Below, in pieces: positions 10,053-20,208 of a stretch of DNA of 64,000 nt; the first letter of the stretch is position 1, and every line of letters begins with the position of its first letter. The stretch lies in NCBI GenBank assembly GCA_947589495.1, contig CANQAK010000002.1, positions 5,121 to 69,120 on the forward strand, in the 5' to 3' direction. The position numbers and the translations under genes are program-made. The stretch comes from an uncultured Bacilli bacterium (GTDB lineage Bacteria; Bacillota_I; Bacilli_A; RF39; UBA660). A model generated the notes under the pieces. The model made no database searches. It was not told the origin of the DNA and saw only the letters and a list, made by a program, of their open reading frames with translations.

Positions 10053-10451
10053 TTACCAAATATAGGCAAGGACTTCGCCTCCTAACCTTTGTTCTCTAGC
10101 TTCTTTATCAGTCATAAGACCTTTAGAAGTTGAGATAATTGCTATACCTAAGCCATTAAGAACACGAGGAACTTCTGTAGATTTAGCATAAACACGTAAA
10201 CCAGATTTACTAATTCTTTTAAGACCAGTAATAACTCTTTCTTTTTTAGCACCATATTTAAGTGTTAATGTAAGTTTATCACTTGTCGCACTTTTTTCAT
10301 ATTTATAATCAGCTATATAACCTTCTTTTTTTAATATTTCTGCAATACCTAAAGTCATTTTTGTTCCAATAACTTCAACTGTTGGGTATCTCATTATATT
10401 TGCATTACGAATACGAGTTAACATATCTGCTATTTTATCTTGTACAAACAT
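10053..10451 (-). CDS. rpsH: 30S ribosomal protein S8
   Basis: [13 protein letters not shown] motif. I place the start at ATG 10451, which is preceded by AAGGAGG, rather than at the track start 10472, which overlaps rpsN. Confidence 0.94.
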   Translation of the reverse strand: MFVQDKIADMLTRIRNANIMRYPTVEVIGTKMTLGIAEILKKEGYIADYKYEKSATSDKLTLTLKYGAKKERVITGLKRISKSGLRVYAKSTEVPRVLNGLGIAIISTSKGLMTDKEAREQRLGGEVLAYIW

Positions 10452-10465
10452 TTTATTCCTCCTTC

Positions 10466-10651
10466 TTACCAACTAGATTTCTTTACGCCAGGTATTTGGC
10501 CTTTATTTGCAAGTTCTCTAAAGCAAATACGGCATAATTTAAACTTACTTAAAACTGCATGAGGTCTTCCACAACGTTCACATCTTGTATATTCTCTTGT
10601 AGAAAACTTTGGTTTTCTTTTATTTTTTACAATCATACTTTTCTTAGCCAT
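10466..10651 (-). CDS. rpsN: 30S ribosomal protein S14, zinc-binding type Z
   Basis: 61 aa with CERCGRP...CRICFRE. Confidence 0.95.
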   Translation of the reverse strand: MAKKSMIVKNKRKPKFSTREYTRCERCGRPHAVLSKFKLCRICFRELANKGQIPGVKKSSW

Positions 10652-10659
10652 AATAACAC

Positions 10660-11199
10660 CTAACCTTTAAATGGCATTCCAAATGCCTTTAGTAATGCAC
10701 GAGCTTCGTCATTACTTTCTGCTGTAGTTACGAATACTATATCCATACCACGAATTTTATAAACATTATCATATTCAATTTCTGGGAAAATTAATTGTTC
10801 TTTAATTCCTAATGTATAATTTCCTTTTCCATCAAACGCATGACTTGATACACCACGGAAATCACGAACTCTAGGAAGACCTATTTTAATTAATTTTTCC
10901 ATAAAATTATACATATTTTCTCCTCTTAATGTTACTTTAACACCAACAGGTTGTCCTTCTCTTAATTTAAAACCAGCAATTGACTTACGAGCATTTGTTA
11001 CAACAGCTTTTTGTCCTGCTATTAATTCTAAATCTTTTTGAGCAGCTTCTATGAATTTCACATCATGTGAACCTTCACCAACACCCATATTAATAACTAT
11101 TTTTTCTAATTTAGGAACTTGCATTATACTTTTATAGGCAAATTCTTTCATTAAATCTTTTTTAATTTTTGATTCATATAATTCTTTAAAATTGCTCAT
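10660..11199 (-). CDS. rplE: 50S ribosomal protein L5
   Basis: Full-length L5 similarity ([15 protein letters not shown]...). Confidence 0.96.
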   Translation of the reverse strand: MSNFKELYESKIKKDLMKEFAYKSIMQVPKLEKIVINMGVGEGSHDVKFIEAAQKDLELIAGQKAVVTNARKSIAGFKLREGQPVGVKVTLRGENMYNFMEKLIKIGLPRVRDFRGVSSHAFDGKGNYTLGIKEQLIFPEIEYDNVYKIRGMDIVFVTTAESNDEARALLKAFGMPFKG

Positions 11200-11206
11200 A
11201 ACTCAC

Positions 11207-11473
11207 CTACTTACTAGCTTTCTTTGTAGATTTTTTAGTACTTTTTTCTTCTTTTTTATCTACTAATTTTACATTTGATACATGGATTGGCATTTCAATA
11301 TCAAAAATACCTCCATTATCATTATTTGTTCTTGGTTTTGTATGTCTTTTAGAAATATTTATGCCTTCAACAACTACTTTTTGTTCTTTAGCTAAAGTTT
11401 TGATTACTTTTCCAGTTTTACCTTTATCTTTTCCAGTTAAAACTCGAACATTGTCATTTACTTTTATTCTCAT
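11207..11473 (-). CDS. rplX: 50S ribosomal protein L24 (Lys-rich C-terminal tail)
   Basis: KVNDNVRVLTGKDKGKTGKVIK, a KOW motif. Confidence 0.94.
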   Translation of the reverse strand: MRIKVNDNVRVLTGKDKGKTGKVIKTLAKEQKVVVEGINISKRHTKPRTNNDNGGIFDIEMPIHVSNVKLVDKKEEKSTKKSTKKASK

Positions 11474-11481
11474 ATTTCCTC

Positions 11482-11850
11482 CTATAAAACCTCAGGAGCT
11501 AGACTTACGATCTTCATATAATCTTTTTCTCTTAATTCTCTAGCTACTGGTCCTAATACTCTTGTACCAATTGGTGATTTATCATCTTTAATAAGTACAC
11601 AAGCATTATCATCAAATTTAATATAAGAACCATCTTCTCTTCTTACACCTTCAACAGTTCTTACAATAACTGCTTTTACTACTTTTCCTTTAGGCATATT
11701 ACTATTTGGGATAGCTTTTTTAACAGTACCAACAACTACATCGCCAATATTACCACTTTTAACTCTACTTCCACCCATAACTTTAATAACTAAAAGTTCA
11801 CGAGCTCCAGTATTATCAGCAACTTTTAATCTTGTTTCCTCTCTAACCAT
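11482..11850 (-). CDS. rplN: 50S ribosomal protein L14
   Basis: [17 protein letters not shown]. Confidence 0.96.
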   Translation of the reverse strand: MVREETRLKVADNTGARELLVIKVMGGSRVKSGNIGDVVVGTVKKAIPNSNMPKGKVVKAVIVRTVEGVRREDGSYIKFDDNACVLIKDDKSPIGTRVLGPVARELREKDYMKIVSLAPEVL

Positions 11851-11861
11851 CAGTATACCTC

Positions 11862-12119
11862 CTAAAGAACAACAGCTTTTTCTAAGACTTCAACTAATTC
11901 ATAATGTTTACTTTTTGAAATAGGTTTAGTAAGTCTTATTCTAACTGTATCTCCTATATTTGCTTCATTTTTTGCATCATGTGTTGCATATTTTTTAGAA
12001 TACTTAACACGTTTATTATATAATGGATGACGTTTGTAAGTTTCAACTAAAACAGTTATAGTTTTATCACATTTGTTGCTTACAACTTTACCAACTAATT
12101 CTTGAACTCTTTTAGCCAT
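11862..12119 (-). CDS. rpsQ: 30S ribosomal protein S17
   Basis: [17 protein letters not shown]...[15 protein letters not shown]. Confidence 0.95.
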   Translation of the reverse strand: MAKRVQELVGKVVSNKCDKTITVLVETYKRHPLYNKRVKYSKKYATHDAKNEANIGDTVRIRLTKPISKSKHYELVEVLEKAVVL

Positions 12120-12321
12120 TATTACGCGCCTCCTCTATTTCTCTTTCTCTTTGAACAGTTTTGAGTTTTGCAACAGTTTTTCTTAATGTGTATAATTCTT
12201 TTGGTTTTTCTAAAGTACCATTAGCTTGTTGCATTCTTTTTGTGAATAATTCTTCTTTTGTTGATATAATTTTTTTCTTTAAATCTTCATCAGATAATTT
12301 TCTAATATCTTTAATATCCAC
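12112..12321 (-). CDS. rpmC: 50S ribosomal protein L29
   Basis: 69 aa with [13 protein letters not shown]...L, at the expected operon position. Confidence 0.93.
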   Translation of the reverse strand: MDIKDIRKLSDEDLKKKIISTKEELFTKRMQQANGTLEKPKELYTLRKTVAKLKTVQREREIEEARNNG

Positions 12322-12323
12322 TT

Positions 12324-12737
12324 TTACTCACCATCCTTTTTCACAAACTTACATTTAATAGGAAGTTTGTGAGAAGCAAGTCTTAACGCTTCCCTTGCAA
12401 CTGCTTCATCTACATCACTAATTTCAAACATAATTTTTCCTTCTTTAACAACTGCAACATATTGTTCTACGTTACCTTTACCTTTTCCTTGACGAGTTTC
12501 TAAAGGTTTCATTGTTAAAGGTAGATGTGGGAAAATATTAATAAATACTTTTCCACCACGTTTCATATAACGAGTCATTGCAATACGAGCTGCTTCAATT
12601 TGACGAGCTGAAACCCAAGCTCCTTCTAATGCTTGAAGTCCATATTCTCCTTTTGTAAGAGTAGTATTTCCTCTTGCATGACCATCATAAGTTAATCTAT
12701 GCGACTTTCTATATTTAGTCCTTTTTGGCATCAACAT
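12324..12737 (-). CDS. rplP: 50S ribosomal protein L16
   Basis: [14 protein letters not shown]... Confidence 0.96.
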   Translation of the reverse strand: MLMPKRTKYRKSHRLTYDGHARGNTTLTKGEYGLQALEGAWVSARQIEAARIAMTRYMKRGGKVFINIFPHLPLTMKPLETRQGKGKGNVEQYVAVVKEGKIMFEISDVDEAVAREALRLASHKLPIKCKFVKKDGE

Positions 12738-13395
12738 GGTTAGTCGCCTCCTTCTTATTTAATCTTTTAGCAGGTAAAATTTCATCTTTGTAAATCCAAA
12801 CCTTAACGCCAATTTTTCCATAAGTAGTATTGGCTTCGCTTTGAGCATAATCAATGTCAGCACGAATTGTATGAAGAGGAACAGTACCTTCTGTATAACC
12901 TTCGCTTCTTGCCATTTCTACTCCGTTAAGACGTCCAGATACTAAAGTTTTAATTCCTTTAGCACCAGATTTCATTGTATCTCTAATTGCACGTTTTTGA
13001 GCTGCTCTAAAAGGAGCTCTATTTTCGATTTGCATTGCAATATTATCTGCAACTAATTTAGCATTTAAATTAGGATTTTTTTCTTCAACAATGTTAATAA
13101 ATACTTCTTCATTAACAAGTTTTGCAACTTTTTTTCTTAATGCATCGATGTCTTCTCCACCACGACCAATTATAACACCTGGTTTAGCAGTTTTGATTGT
13201 AACATCTACTCTATTTTTCTTTCTTTCAATAATTACAGAAGAAATTGCTGCATCTTTAAGATTTTTTAAAATATATTCACGAATTTTAATATCTTTATTT
13301 AAATTATTTGCATAATCTTTTTTAGAATACCAACGTGATTCCCAGTCTTTGTTAATACCTAAACGATAACCAACTGGATTTACTTTTTGTCCCAT
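12715..13395 (-). CDS. rpsC: 30S ribosomal protein S3
   Basis: [23 protein letters not shown]. Confidence 0.96.
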   Translation of the reverse strand: MGQKVNPVGYRLGINKDWESRWYSKKDYANNLNKDIKIREYILKNLKDAAISSVIIERKKNRVDVTIKTAKPGVIIGRGGEDIDALRKKVAKLVNEEVFINIVEEKNPNLNAKLVADNIAMQIENRAPFRAAQKRAIRDTMKSGAKGIKTLVSGRLNGVEMARSEGYTEGTVPLHTIRADIDYAQSEANTTYGKIGVKVWIYKDEILPAKRLNKKEATNHVDAKKD

Positions 13396-13751
13396 TATGC
13401 ATTTTCTCCTTCCATAACTTTATTATCAGTAACCACTACTTTAATATGGCTTGTTCTTTTGTCATGTCTGTCTACATTTCCACGACTTGCAAATTGGATT
13501 CTTTTTAATACACGGCCTGGATTAACAAAACATTCTTTAATTACTAATTCACTTTCATTAGCACCATTATTATTAACAGCGTTAGCTACAGCTGAATTTA
13601 ATACTTTAAGAATTAATCTACTAGCTTTAGTATTAGTTGTTTCAAGAATTCCTCTTGCAGTTGCTACATCTTTACCTCTAATTAAGTCCATAGTCATACG
13701 AGCTAAACGAGGTTTAATTATAGCACCTTTATGTATTGCGTATGCTTCCAT
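13395..13751 (-). CDS. rplV: 50S ribosomal protein L22
   Basis: L22 family, positioned between rpsS and rpsC. Confidence 0.94.
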   Translation of the reverse strand: MEAYAIHKGAIIKPRLARMTMDLIRGKDVATARGILETTNTKASRLILKVLNSAVANAVNNNGANESELVIKECFVNPGRVLKRIQFASRGNVDRHDKRTSHIKVVVTDNKVMEGENA

Positions 13752-14017
13752 TATTTACCTCCACCAGCGTGTCCAGTAAACTTACGAGTAAGTGCAAATT
13801 CGCCAAGTTTATGACCAACCATTTCTTCAGTTATATAAACAGGAATAAAGTCTTTTCCATTGTGAACAGCAATTGTATGTCCAACAAATTCAGGGAAAAT
13901 AGTACTTCTTCTTGACCAAGTTTTAATAACTGTTTTTTTATTTTCTTTATTTAAATTTTGAACCTTTTTTAAAAGTGATTCTTCAACGAAAGGTCCTTTT
14001 TTCAAACTTCTTGCCAT
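13751..14017 (-). CDS. rpsS: 30S ribosomal protein S19
   Basis: [19 protein letters not shown]...GHKLGEFA. Confidence 0.96.
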   Translation of the reverse strand: MARSLKKGPFVEESLLKKVQNLNKENKKTVIKTWSRRSTIFPEFVGHTIAVHNGKDFIPVYITEEMVGHKLGEFALTRKFTGHAGGGK

Positions 14018-14026
14018 ATTATCCTC

Positions 14027-14860
14027 CTATTTACTCTTCCTACTGATTATTAATTTTTCAGAAGCCTTTTTAGATTTACGAGTTTTATGACCAAGGGCTG
14101 GTTTACCCCAAGGAGTCATAGGACTCTTACGACCAATTGGAGCTCTTCCTTCTCCACCACCATGTGGGTGATCGTTTGGATTCATTACACTACCTCTATT
14201 AGTAGGTCTTACTCCCATATGACGTTTACGTCCAGCTTTTCCTAAATTTACTAAGTTAGCATCTTCATTTCCTACAACACCAATTGTAGCAATACAAGTT
14301 CCTAAAATCTTTCTAGTTTCACCTGATTGTAAACGTACAATTACATATTTACCATCACGACCAAGAATTTGAGCACTAGTACCAGCAGAACGACATAATT
14401 CTGCACCTTTACCAGGTTTTAATTCTATACAATGAATTAATGTACCAACTGGAATATTTTGAAGTGGTAATGCATTTCCAACTTTAATATCAGCATTTTC
14501 ACCATTTTCAATTATCATATCTACTTTTAATCCATTTGGTGCAATAATATATCTTTTTTCACCATCACGATAATTAATTAATGCTATATTTGCATTTCTA
14601 TTTGGATCGTATTCAATTGTAGCAACACGACCAGTAACTCCTATTTTATTTCTTTTGAAGTCAATAACACGGTATTTTTTTGTATGGCCTCCACCAATAT
14701 GGCGAACAGTCATTTTACCTTGGTTATTTCTTCCACCAGTTTTATTTACCTTTTTAACTAAAGATTTAGTAGGATTATTACCAACTGTTAATTCTTCATT
14801 TAGAAGAGTAGTCATTCCTCTACGACCATTAGTTGTAGGTTTATAATGTTTTATTGCCAT
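14027..14860 (-). CDS. rplB: 50S ribosomal protein L2
   Basis: [16 protein letters not shown]...HPHGGGEGR. Confidence 0.97.
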   Translation of the reverse strand: MAIKHYKPTTNGRRGMTTLLNEELTVGNNPTKSLVKKVNKTGGRNNQGKMTVRHIGGGHTKKYRVIDFKRNKIGVTGRVATIEYDPNRNANIALINYRDGEKRYIIAPNGLKVDMIIENGENADIKVGNALPLQNIPVGTLIHCIELKPGKGAELCRSAGTSAQILGRDGKYVIVRLQSGETRKILGTCIATIGVVGNEDANLVNLGKAGRKRHMGVRPTNRGSVMNPNDHPHGGGEGRAPIGRKSPMTPWGKPALGHKTRKSKKASEKLIISRKSK

Positions 14861-14873
14861 TATTTAATTCCTC

Positions 14874-15149
14874 CTATAAATCTATTGTAGAGCCTTCTTG
14901 AAGTGTAACTATTGCTTTTTTATAAGTTTTAGTTTTTCCTTCATACTTTCCTACTCTACGTCTTTTAGCTTTTGTATTTAAAGTATTAACTTTTTTTACA
15001 TTTACTTTAAATGCTTCTTCAACAGCCATTTTTATTTCATCTTTTGTTGCATTTTTAGCAACTTTAAATGTATAAACATTATTGCTTCTTGCAGCTATAC
15101 TTTTTTCAGTTATAACTGGCGCTATAATAATATCACTGTAATGTTTCAT
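14874..15149 (-). CDS. rplW: 50S ribosomal protein L23
   Basis: IIAPVITEKS...FKV, at the expected operon position. Confidence 0.94.
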   Translation of the reverse strand: MKHYSDIIIAPVITEKSIAARSNNVYTFKVAKNATKDEIKMAVEEAFKVNVKKVNTLNTKAKRRRVGKYEGKTKTYKKAIVTLQEGSTIDL

Positions 15150-15772
15150 TATTTAAGCACCTCCTCTATAGTCTTAACTGCTTCTTCTTCAACAACTAAA
15201 TTATTAGCATTTACAATATCATAACAGTTAAGTTCATCAGCCATAAGAACTAAAACATTTCCTAAGTTTCTTGTAGCCATATATAAGTTTTCATTTTCTT
15301 CTTTAGTTACAAATAAAGTTTTTCCACTTAATTTTAAAGTTTCTAAAATATTTGTAGCATCTTTTGTTTTTAATGTATCTAATTTAATGTTGTCAACAAC
15401 TACTAAAGCTTTTTCTTTATTTTTATAAGTTAAAGCTGTTTTTAATGCTAATACTCTTTCTTTTTTATTAATCTTAAATGAGTAATCGCGATTGTCAACA
15501 CCAAACGGAATTCCACCACCACGCCATTGAGTAGCACGAATACTACCTTGACGAGCACGTCCAGTACCTTTTTGTTTCCATGGTTTTCTTCCACCACCTG
15601 ATACTTCACTTCTTGTCTTTGTTTTTCTAGTTCCTTGACGCATGCTGTCTAATTGTAAACGAATCATTTTCTTTAATGCATCATCATTAACTTCAATATT
15701 CCAAATTGTATTTTCAAGGTTAATATCTTTAACAACTTCACCTTTAATATTTTTAACACTTATCTTTGTCAT
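15149..15772 (-). CDS. rplD: 50S ribosomal protein L4
   Basis: GGGRKPWKQKGTGRARQGSIRATQWRGGG. Confidence 0.96.
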   Translation of the reverse strand: MTKISVKNIKGEVVKDINLENTIWNIEVNDDALKKMIRLQLDSMRQGTRKTKTRSEVSGGGRKPWKQKGTGRARQGSIRATQWRGGGIPFGVDNRDYSFKINKKERVLALKTALTYKNKEKALVVVDNIKLDTLKTKDATNILETLKLSGKTLFVTKEENENLYMATRNLGNVLVLMADELNCYDIVNANNLVVEEEAVKTIEEVLK

Positions 15773-15794
15773 AAATTTATTTCCTTTCTAAAGA

Positions 15795-16604
15795 CTATTT
15801 AGCCTCTTCTGGATTTTCTTCTTTAGTTTCTTTTATCTCTTCTTTTTCTTCTACTTCAGTATTTTGAGTTTCAGTAGTTTCAACTTCTTCTTTTACCTCT
15901 TCAACACTTTCAGTATTTTCTACTGTATCATTATTCACTTCTTCAAGCTCATAAGATAGTATTTCTTTTGGTAATGCCTTACGTGAATTTTTAACAGCAC
16001 TCTTAATAAAAACTAAAGAATTTTTAGCACCTGGAATATTGCCACTAACTAGAATATAATTTTCTTCTTTATTCGCTTCAATAATCTCTAAATTTTGTAT
16101 TGTTACAGTTTCAACACCCATATGTCCTGGAAGTTTTTTACCTTTCAATACTCTTTTTGGTAACATAGTACCTAAAGAACCTGGTCCTCTATGATAGTGA
16201 GATCCATGTCCCATTGGTCCACGAGAACCGTTATGTCTTTTAATGACACCTTGCATTCCTTTACCTTTTGAAGTTCCAGTAACATCTACTACTTCTCCAA
16301 CTTCAAAAATATCTACCCCAATTTTATCTCCTACATTATAAGCACCATCAACATCTCTGATTTCTTTTACGAAGCGCTTAGGTGTAGCATTTGCTTTTTT
16401 AGCATGTCCAACTTCTGCTTTTGTTGAACGATTTTGTTTTTTGTCAAATACGCCAAGTTGAATTGCATTATAGCCATCTGTTTCAACAGTTTTAACTTGC
16501 ATTACTACATTTGGTTCGCATAATACAACTGTTACAGGAATAAGTTTACCTTCTTTAGTAAACACTTGAGTCATTCCAACTTTGCGTCCTAAGATTCCTT
16601 TCAT
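15795..16604 (-). CDS. rplC: 50S ribosomal protein L3 with an acidic C-terminal extension of about 60 aa
   Basis: [15 protein letters not shown]... is the L3 core. The tail is [51 protein letters not shown]. Confidence 0.94.
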   Translation of the reverse strand: MKGILGRKVGMTQVFTKEGKLIPVTVVLCEPNVVMQVKTVETDGYNAIQLGVFDKKQNRSTKAEVGHAKKANATPKRFVKEIRDVDGAYNVGDKIGVDIFEVGEVVDVTGTSKGKGMQGVIKRHNGSRGPMGHGSHYHRGPGSLGTMLPKRVLKGKKLPGHMGVETVTIQNLEIIEANKEENYILVSGNIPGAKNSLVFIKSAVKNSRKALPKEILSYELEEVNNDTVENTESVEEVKEEVETTETQNTEVEEKEEIKETKEENPEEAK

Positions 16605-16630
16605 TATTACTTTCCTTCCTTTTTTTAAAA

Positions 16631-16939
16631 TTATAATTTGATATCGATGTCAACGCCACTTGGTAAATCTAAATGAGTTAAAGCATCAATTGTTTCTTTG
16701 CTTGGGTTTTTAATATCTATAAGTCTCTTGTGAGTTCTTCTTTCGAATTGTTCACGAGAATCTTTATATTTATGTACACTTCTTAATACAGTGAATTTTT
16801 CAATTTCTGTTGGAAGAGGTACTGGTCCAGATACTTCGCCACCCGTTCTTTTTACAGTTTCGACAATTTTAGAAGCAGCTACATCAAGAATTCGATGATC
16901 AAACGCTTTTAAATTGATTCTTACTTTACTATTTGACAT
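16631..16939 (-). CDS. rpsJ: 30S ribosomal protein S10
   Basis: [19 protein letters not shown]... I place the start at ATG 16939, nine nt after AGGAGGA. The track ORF extends spuriously to 16984. Confidence 0.95.
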   Translation of the reverse strand: MSNSKVRINLKAFDHRILDVAASKIVETVKRTGGEVSGPVPLPTEIEKFTVLRSVHKYKDSREQFERRTHKRLIDIKNPSKETIDALTHLDLPSGVDIDIKL

Positions 16940-17073
16940 TTGCATGTCCTCCTTTCGTCTATATCTAGTATAGACTTGCTCCACCCGAATTACCTGAGTT
17001 AACTAGAAAAATATTTACCAACTTTCCCTAGCGTATCAGCAACCTCGCGCATCATCGCAGTCATACGAATATG
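16940..17073 (-). promoter_or_regulatory. 5' leader of the S10 operon, about 130 nt and locally GC-rich (candidate structured r-protein leader)
   Basis: Minus strand reads GACTGCGATGATGCGCGAGGTTGCTGATACGCTAGGGAAAGTTGG...CGGGTGGAGCAAGTC. Its GC content is far above the flanking sequence. The terminal segments GACTGC and GCAAGTC are near-complementary. Confidence 0.4.
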
Positions 17074-17103
17074 ATTATAGCATAATAATTATATGAAATG
17101 CAA
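17074..17103 (-). promoter_or_regulatory. Sigma-A-type promoter of the S10 operon
   Basis: Minus strand has TTGCAT, an 18-nt spacer, then TATAAT. Confidence 0.6.
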
Positions 17104-17124
17104 CCCTAAATTTTACTTATTTTT

Positions 17125-17165
17125 ATAAAAAAGTTGTCAAGTAAATTATTTATACTTGACAACTT
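17125..17165 (-). terminator. Terminator after the 17170..18498 gene
   Basis: 12-bp stem AAGTTGTCAAGT/ACTTGACAACTT followed by a T-run on the minus strand. Confidence 0.7.
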
Positions 17166-17169
17166 AATT

Positions 17170-18498
17170 TTACATCATGTTTTGAATATCTTGTATTAAT
17201 TCTTTAATACTTGCATTTTCATAAAGTTTTTGATAGATAGTAGAGTAATCTGTATCCGTCATATCTTCTAAAGAAATCTCTTCTTTATTACTTTTATATT
17301 CTTCAAATGTTGAATCTTTTTCTTCATAATTAATTGTTACTGTTAAATCTATTTTATATTCATCTAATTTAGCATTAATAGTCATAATGCCTTTATTATC
17401 ATTTACTTTATTAGTAATATTAATTTCATAATCTGGAACCACTATATTAATTTCATAATTTCCATCTTCATTAACATCTATATTTATTTTTATTCCATCA
17501 TAATTAATATTTAATTTATATGCATCACTTGAAACTGTTAAAGTACCTAAATAAATTTCTTCTTCATCTTCTTTAGTAGTAATTTTATAAGTATCTTCTG
17601 TTTGTTTAGTTAAATCTACTACTACTTTGGTATCTCCAGTAATTGTTAGTGAAACTTTTTCTATATTATCATTTCCACTTACATATATTTCACTAAGTAT
17701 TTCATAATCAACTTTTTCTAAAGAATTTTTAGTTTCACTTAGTTCACTAATAAGTGTATTTTCATCACTCTCTGTTACATTACTTAATGCATTTAACAAT
17801 CTTTTATTATTAATAATTCCATCTATAACATTATTTTCTAATTCATATATATTATCACTTGTTAAATGTAATACATGATTAACTGTTTTAACTTTTTTAC
17901 CATTAATAACTAATTCAACATCTTTCTTCTCAAAATATTCTTCTTTTAAATTAGTTTTTAATATATTAGTAAATTCTTCAACAATAATTTTTCCATCTTC
18001 ACTATTAGTATTCCATATTTCACTTAAAGAATCACTTTCATATAACTTAATTTGTTTATTATATATATCATTTAAATTTGCTGTTAATTTATTATTATTT
18101 AGTAATAGATCAGCACTTATATTTTCTTTATTATTATAACTAGCTTGTAAATTTAATATTGCACTCTTTTTACTTGCACTGGCTTTAATATTACTATTTA
18201 TTTTTAATTTATTTAATACTTTAGCTATACTATTTATACTAGAATTACTACTCTTTAAATTAAAGGACATGTCTAAATCTATTTCATTATCCAATACTGT
18301 AGTTTTTTCTTCATTAACTTTTTCAATCATCTCTGATAGTTTATCTAATGATTTATAATAAATATTTTTTGTACTCTTAGTATTTAACCAAAAATAACCT
18401 CCTATTCCAATGCCTATAAGTAATACTATTACTACCCCTATAATTATTAATAATGTCTTTCTACTTTTATTATTATTACTATTACTATTATTATCCAT
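17170..18498 (-). CDS. Hypothetical Asn/Lys-rich membrane-anchored protein
   Basis: 442-aa ORF. An MDNNSNSNNNK low-complexity N-terminus is followed by a single TM (LLIIIGVVIVLLIGIGIGGYFWL). AGGAGG RBS present. No family recognised. Confidence 0.55.
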   Translation of the reverse strand: MDNNSNSNNNKSRKTLLIIIGVVIVLLIGIGIGGYFWLNTKSTKNIYYKSLDKLSEMIEKVNEEKTTVLDNEIDLDMSFNLKSSNSSINSIAKVLNKLKINSNIKASASKKSAILNLQASYNNKENISADLLLNNNKLTANLNDIYNKQIKLYESDSLSEIWNTNSEDGKIIVEEFTNILKTNLKEEYFEKKDVELVINGKKVKTVNHVLHLTSDNIYELENNVIDGIINNKRLLNALSNVTESDENTLISELSETKNSLEKVDYEILSEIYVSGNDNIEKVSLTITGDTKVVVDLTKQTEDTYKITTKEDEEEIYLGTLTVSSDAYKLNINYDGIKINIDVNEDGNYEINIVVPDYEINITNKVNDNKGIMTINAKLDEYKIDLTVTINYEEKDSTFEEYKSNKEEISLEDMTDTDYSTIYQKLYENASIKELIQDIQNMM

Positions 18499-18525
18499 TA
18501 TCTTTACCTCCTACTATAATAATAT

Positions 18526-20019
18526 TTATTTTAATAAAATTTCAGTATCTTTCATTTCTTCTGGTATTGCTATATCCATATATTCTAATATTGTTGGCGC
18601 AACCATTGTTAAATCACCAGTTGGTTTTAATTTAACATTTTTATCTAATATAATAAATGGTACTTTACTTAATGTATGTGTTGTAACTTTATTACCAAAT
18701 TCATCAAACATAATGTCAGCATTACCATGGTCTGCTAAGACTATCACTTTATAAAAATTCTCTTCAGCCTTCTCTAATATTTTACTTAAACATAAATCAA
18801 TTGTCATACAAGCCTTAACTGCTGCATCAAATACTCCAGTATGTCCAACCATATCAGGGTTAGCAAAGTTAACTAAAATAAAATCATAATCTTGCATCAT
18901 ACACTCTATACATTTTTTAGTAACTCCAACGGCACTCATTTCTGGTTTTAAATCGTATGTAGCAACATGGGGTGAAGGTATGTGAAACATACTACACTTA
19001 CTTATTTTTCCATTATATCCTCCATCAAAGAAATAAGTAACGTGAGGGTATTTTTCCGTTTCTGCTATTCTAGCTTGCGTAAGACCTAAATCTTGAAAAT
19101 ATAATCCTAAAGAATTAGTAATGACTGGTTCCTCTAAAAAATGCTCGGTTGGGATATTTTTATCTATTGGTAAAAAACTATATACTTCTAACTTATCCAT
19201 TAAATATGTATTAAATCCATCAAACAAACTATCGGTAAAAGCTGCAATTATTTGTTTAGCTCTATCTGCTCTATAATTCATCCATATAACAATATCACCA
19301 TTTTTAATAATAGAATTTTTATCTACAATAATTGGTTTTAAAAATTCATCTGTTATATTTTTTTCATAAAATTTATTTATTGTTCTTTCAATATCTATTG
19401 TTTCATAACCAATTCCTTTAGTTATTAAATTATAGTACATTTCTGTTCTATCATAATGTTTATCTCTATCCATTGCATAATATCTACCACATATTGTAGC
19501 TATATTACCTACTTTATACTTGCTTATTTCTTCTTCTATTTCTTTTATATACTTGTAGGCAGAAGTCTCAGAAGTATCCCTACCATCTGTTATGAGATGG
19601 AAATGAATTTTTTTACAATCATTTTTAACTAAAAATTCATACATTTTAATAAAATCATCTATTCCAGCATGAACATTTCCATCGCTACATAATCCCATAA
19701 TATGAATATCTTTATTCTTTCCCTCTAGTAATTTTTGCATTGTGGTATTTTCTTCTAATTTACTATCCAAAAATTCATCTACTAAAGTTTCATTTTGTTT
19801 TATAAGACGTCCTGCTCCTATAGTCATATGCCCTGTTTCACTGTTTCCAAATTGACCTTTGTGTAACCCGACGGCTTCTTCAGAAGCCTCTAACTCAGAA
19901 TGAGGATATTCTTCCCATATCTTATTAAAGCAACTCATATTTGCTGCTTTAATCGCATTCCCTCTCTCTTCTTCTCTTAAACCAAATCCGTCTAAAATAA
20001 TAGTTAATATTTTTTTCAT
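18526..20019 (-). CDS. gpmI: 2,3-bisphosphoglycerate-independent phosphoglycerate mutase
   Basis: MKKILTIILDGFGLREE...GNSETGHMTIGAGR...ADHGNA. I place the start at ATG 20019, after AAGGAGA. Confidence 0.94.
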   Translation of the reverse strand: MKKILTIILDGFGLREEERGNAIKAANMSCFNKIWEEYPHSELEASEEAVGLHKGQFGNSETGHMTIGAGRLIKQNETLVDEFLDSKLEENTTMQKLLEGKNKDIHIMGLCSDGNVHAGIDDFIKMYEFLVKNDCKKIHFHLITDGRDTSETSAYKYIKEIEEEISKYKVGNIATICGRYYAMDRDKHYDRTEMYYNLITKGIGYETIDIERTINKFYEKNITDEFLKPIIVDKNSIIKNGDIVIWMNYRADRAKQIIAAFTDSLFDGFNTYLMDKLEVYSFLPIDKNIPTEHFLEEPVITNSLGLYFQDLGLTQARIAETEKYPHVTYFFDGGYNGKISKCSMFHIPSPHVATYDLKPEMSAVGVTKKCIECMMQDYDFILVNFANPDMVGHTGVFDAAVKACMTIDLCLSKILEKAEENFYKVIVLADHGNADIMFDEFGNKVTTHTLSKVPFIILDKNVKLKPTGDLTMVAPTILEYMDIAIPEEMKDTEILLK

Positions 20020-20208
20020 AGATTCTCCTTGCCTATAATATATCACAATAACCAAAAAATTACAATTTACCTAAACTAAAAAAATTGATAAAACTTTTCA
20101 TCTTATCAATTTTTATACAACACTTGTGGCGTTTGACTGGTCCAGGCCTTTTATTTCGTATAATCATTGATGTGTTCTTTCCTGGACACCCTGGGCGATT
20201 TTATCTTT

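Noticed and set aside
18453-18500. ATT/ACT trinucleotide-like repeats (poly-Asn/Ser codons) at the 5' end of the 17170..18498 gene, considered as a possible slipped-strand phase-variation tract.
   Set aside because: The repeats are imperfect and in multiples of three, so slippage would not shift the frame. Low-complexity Asn runs are common in AT-rich genomes.
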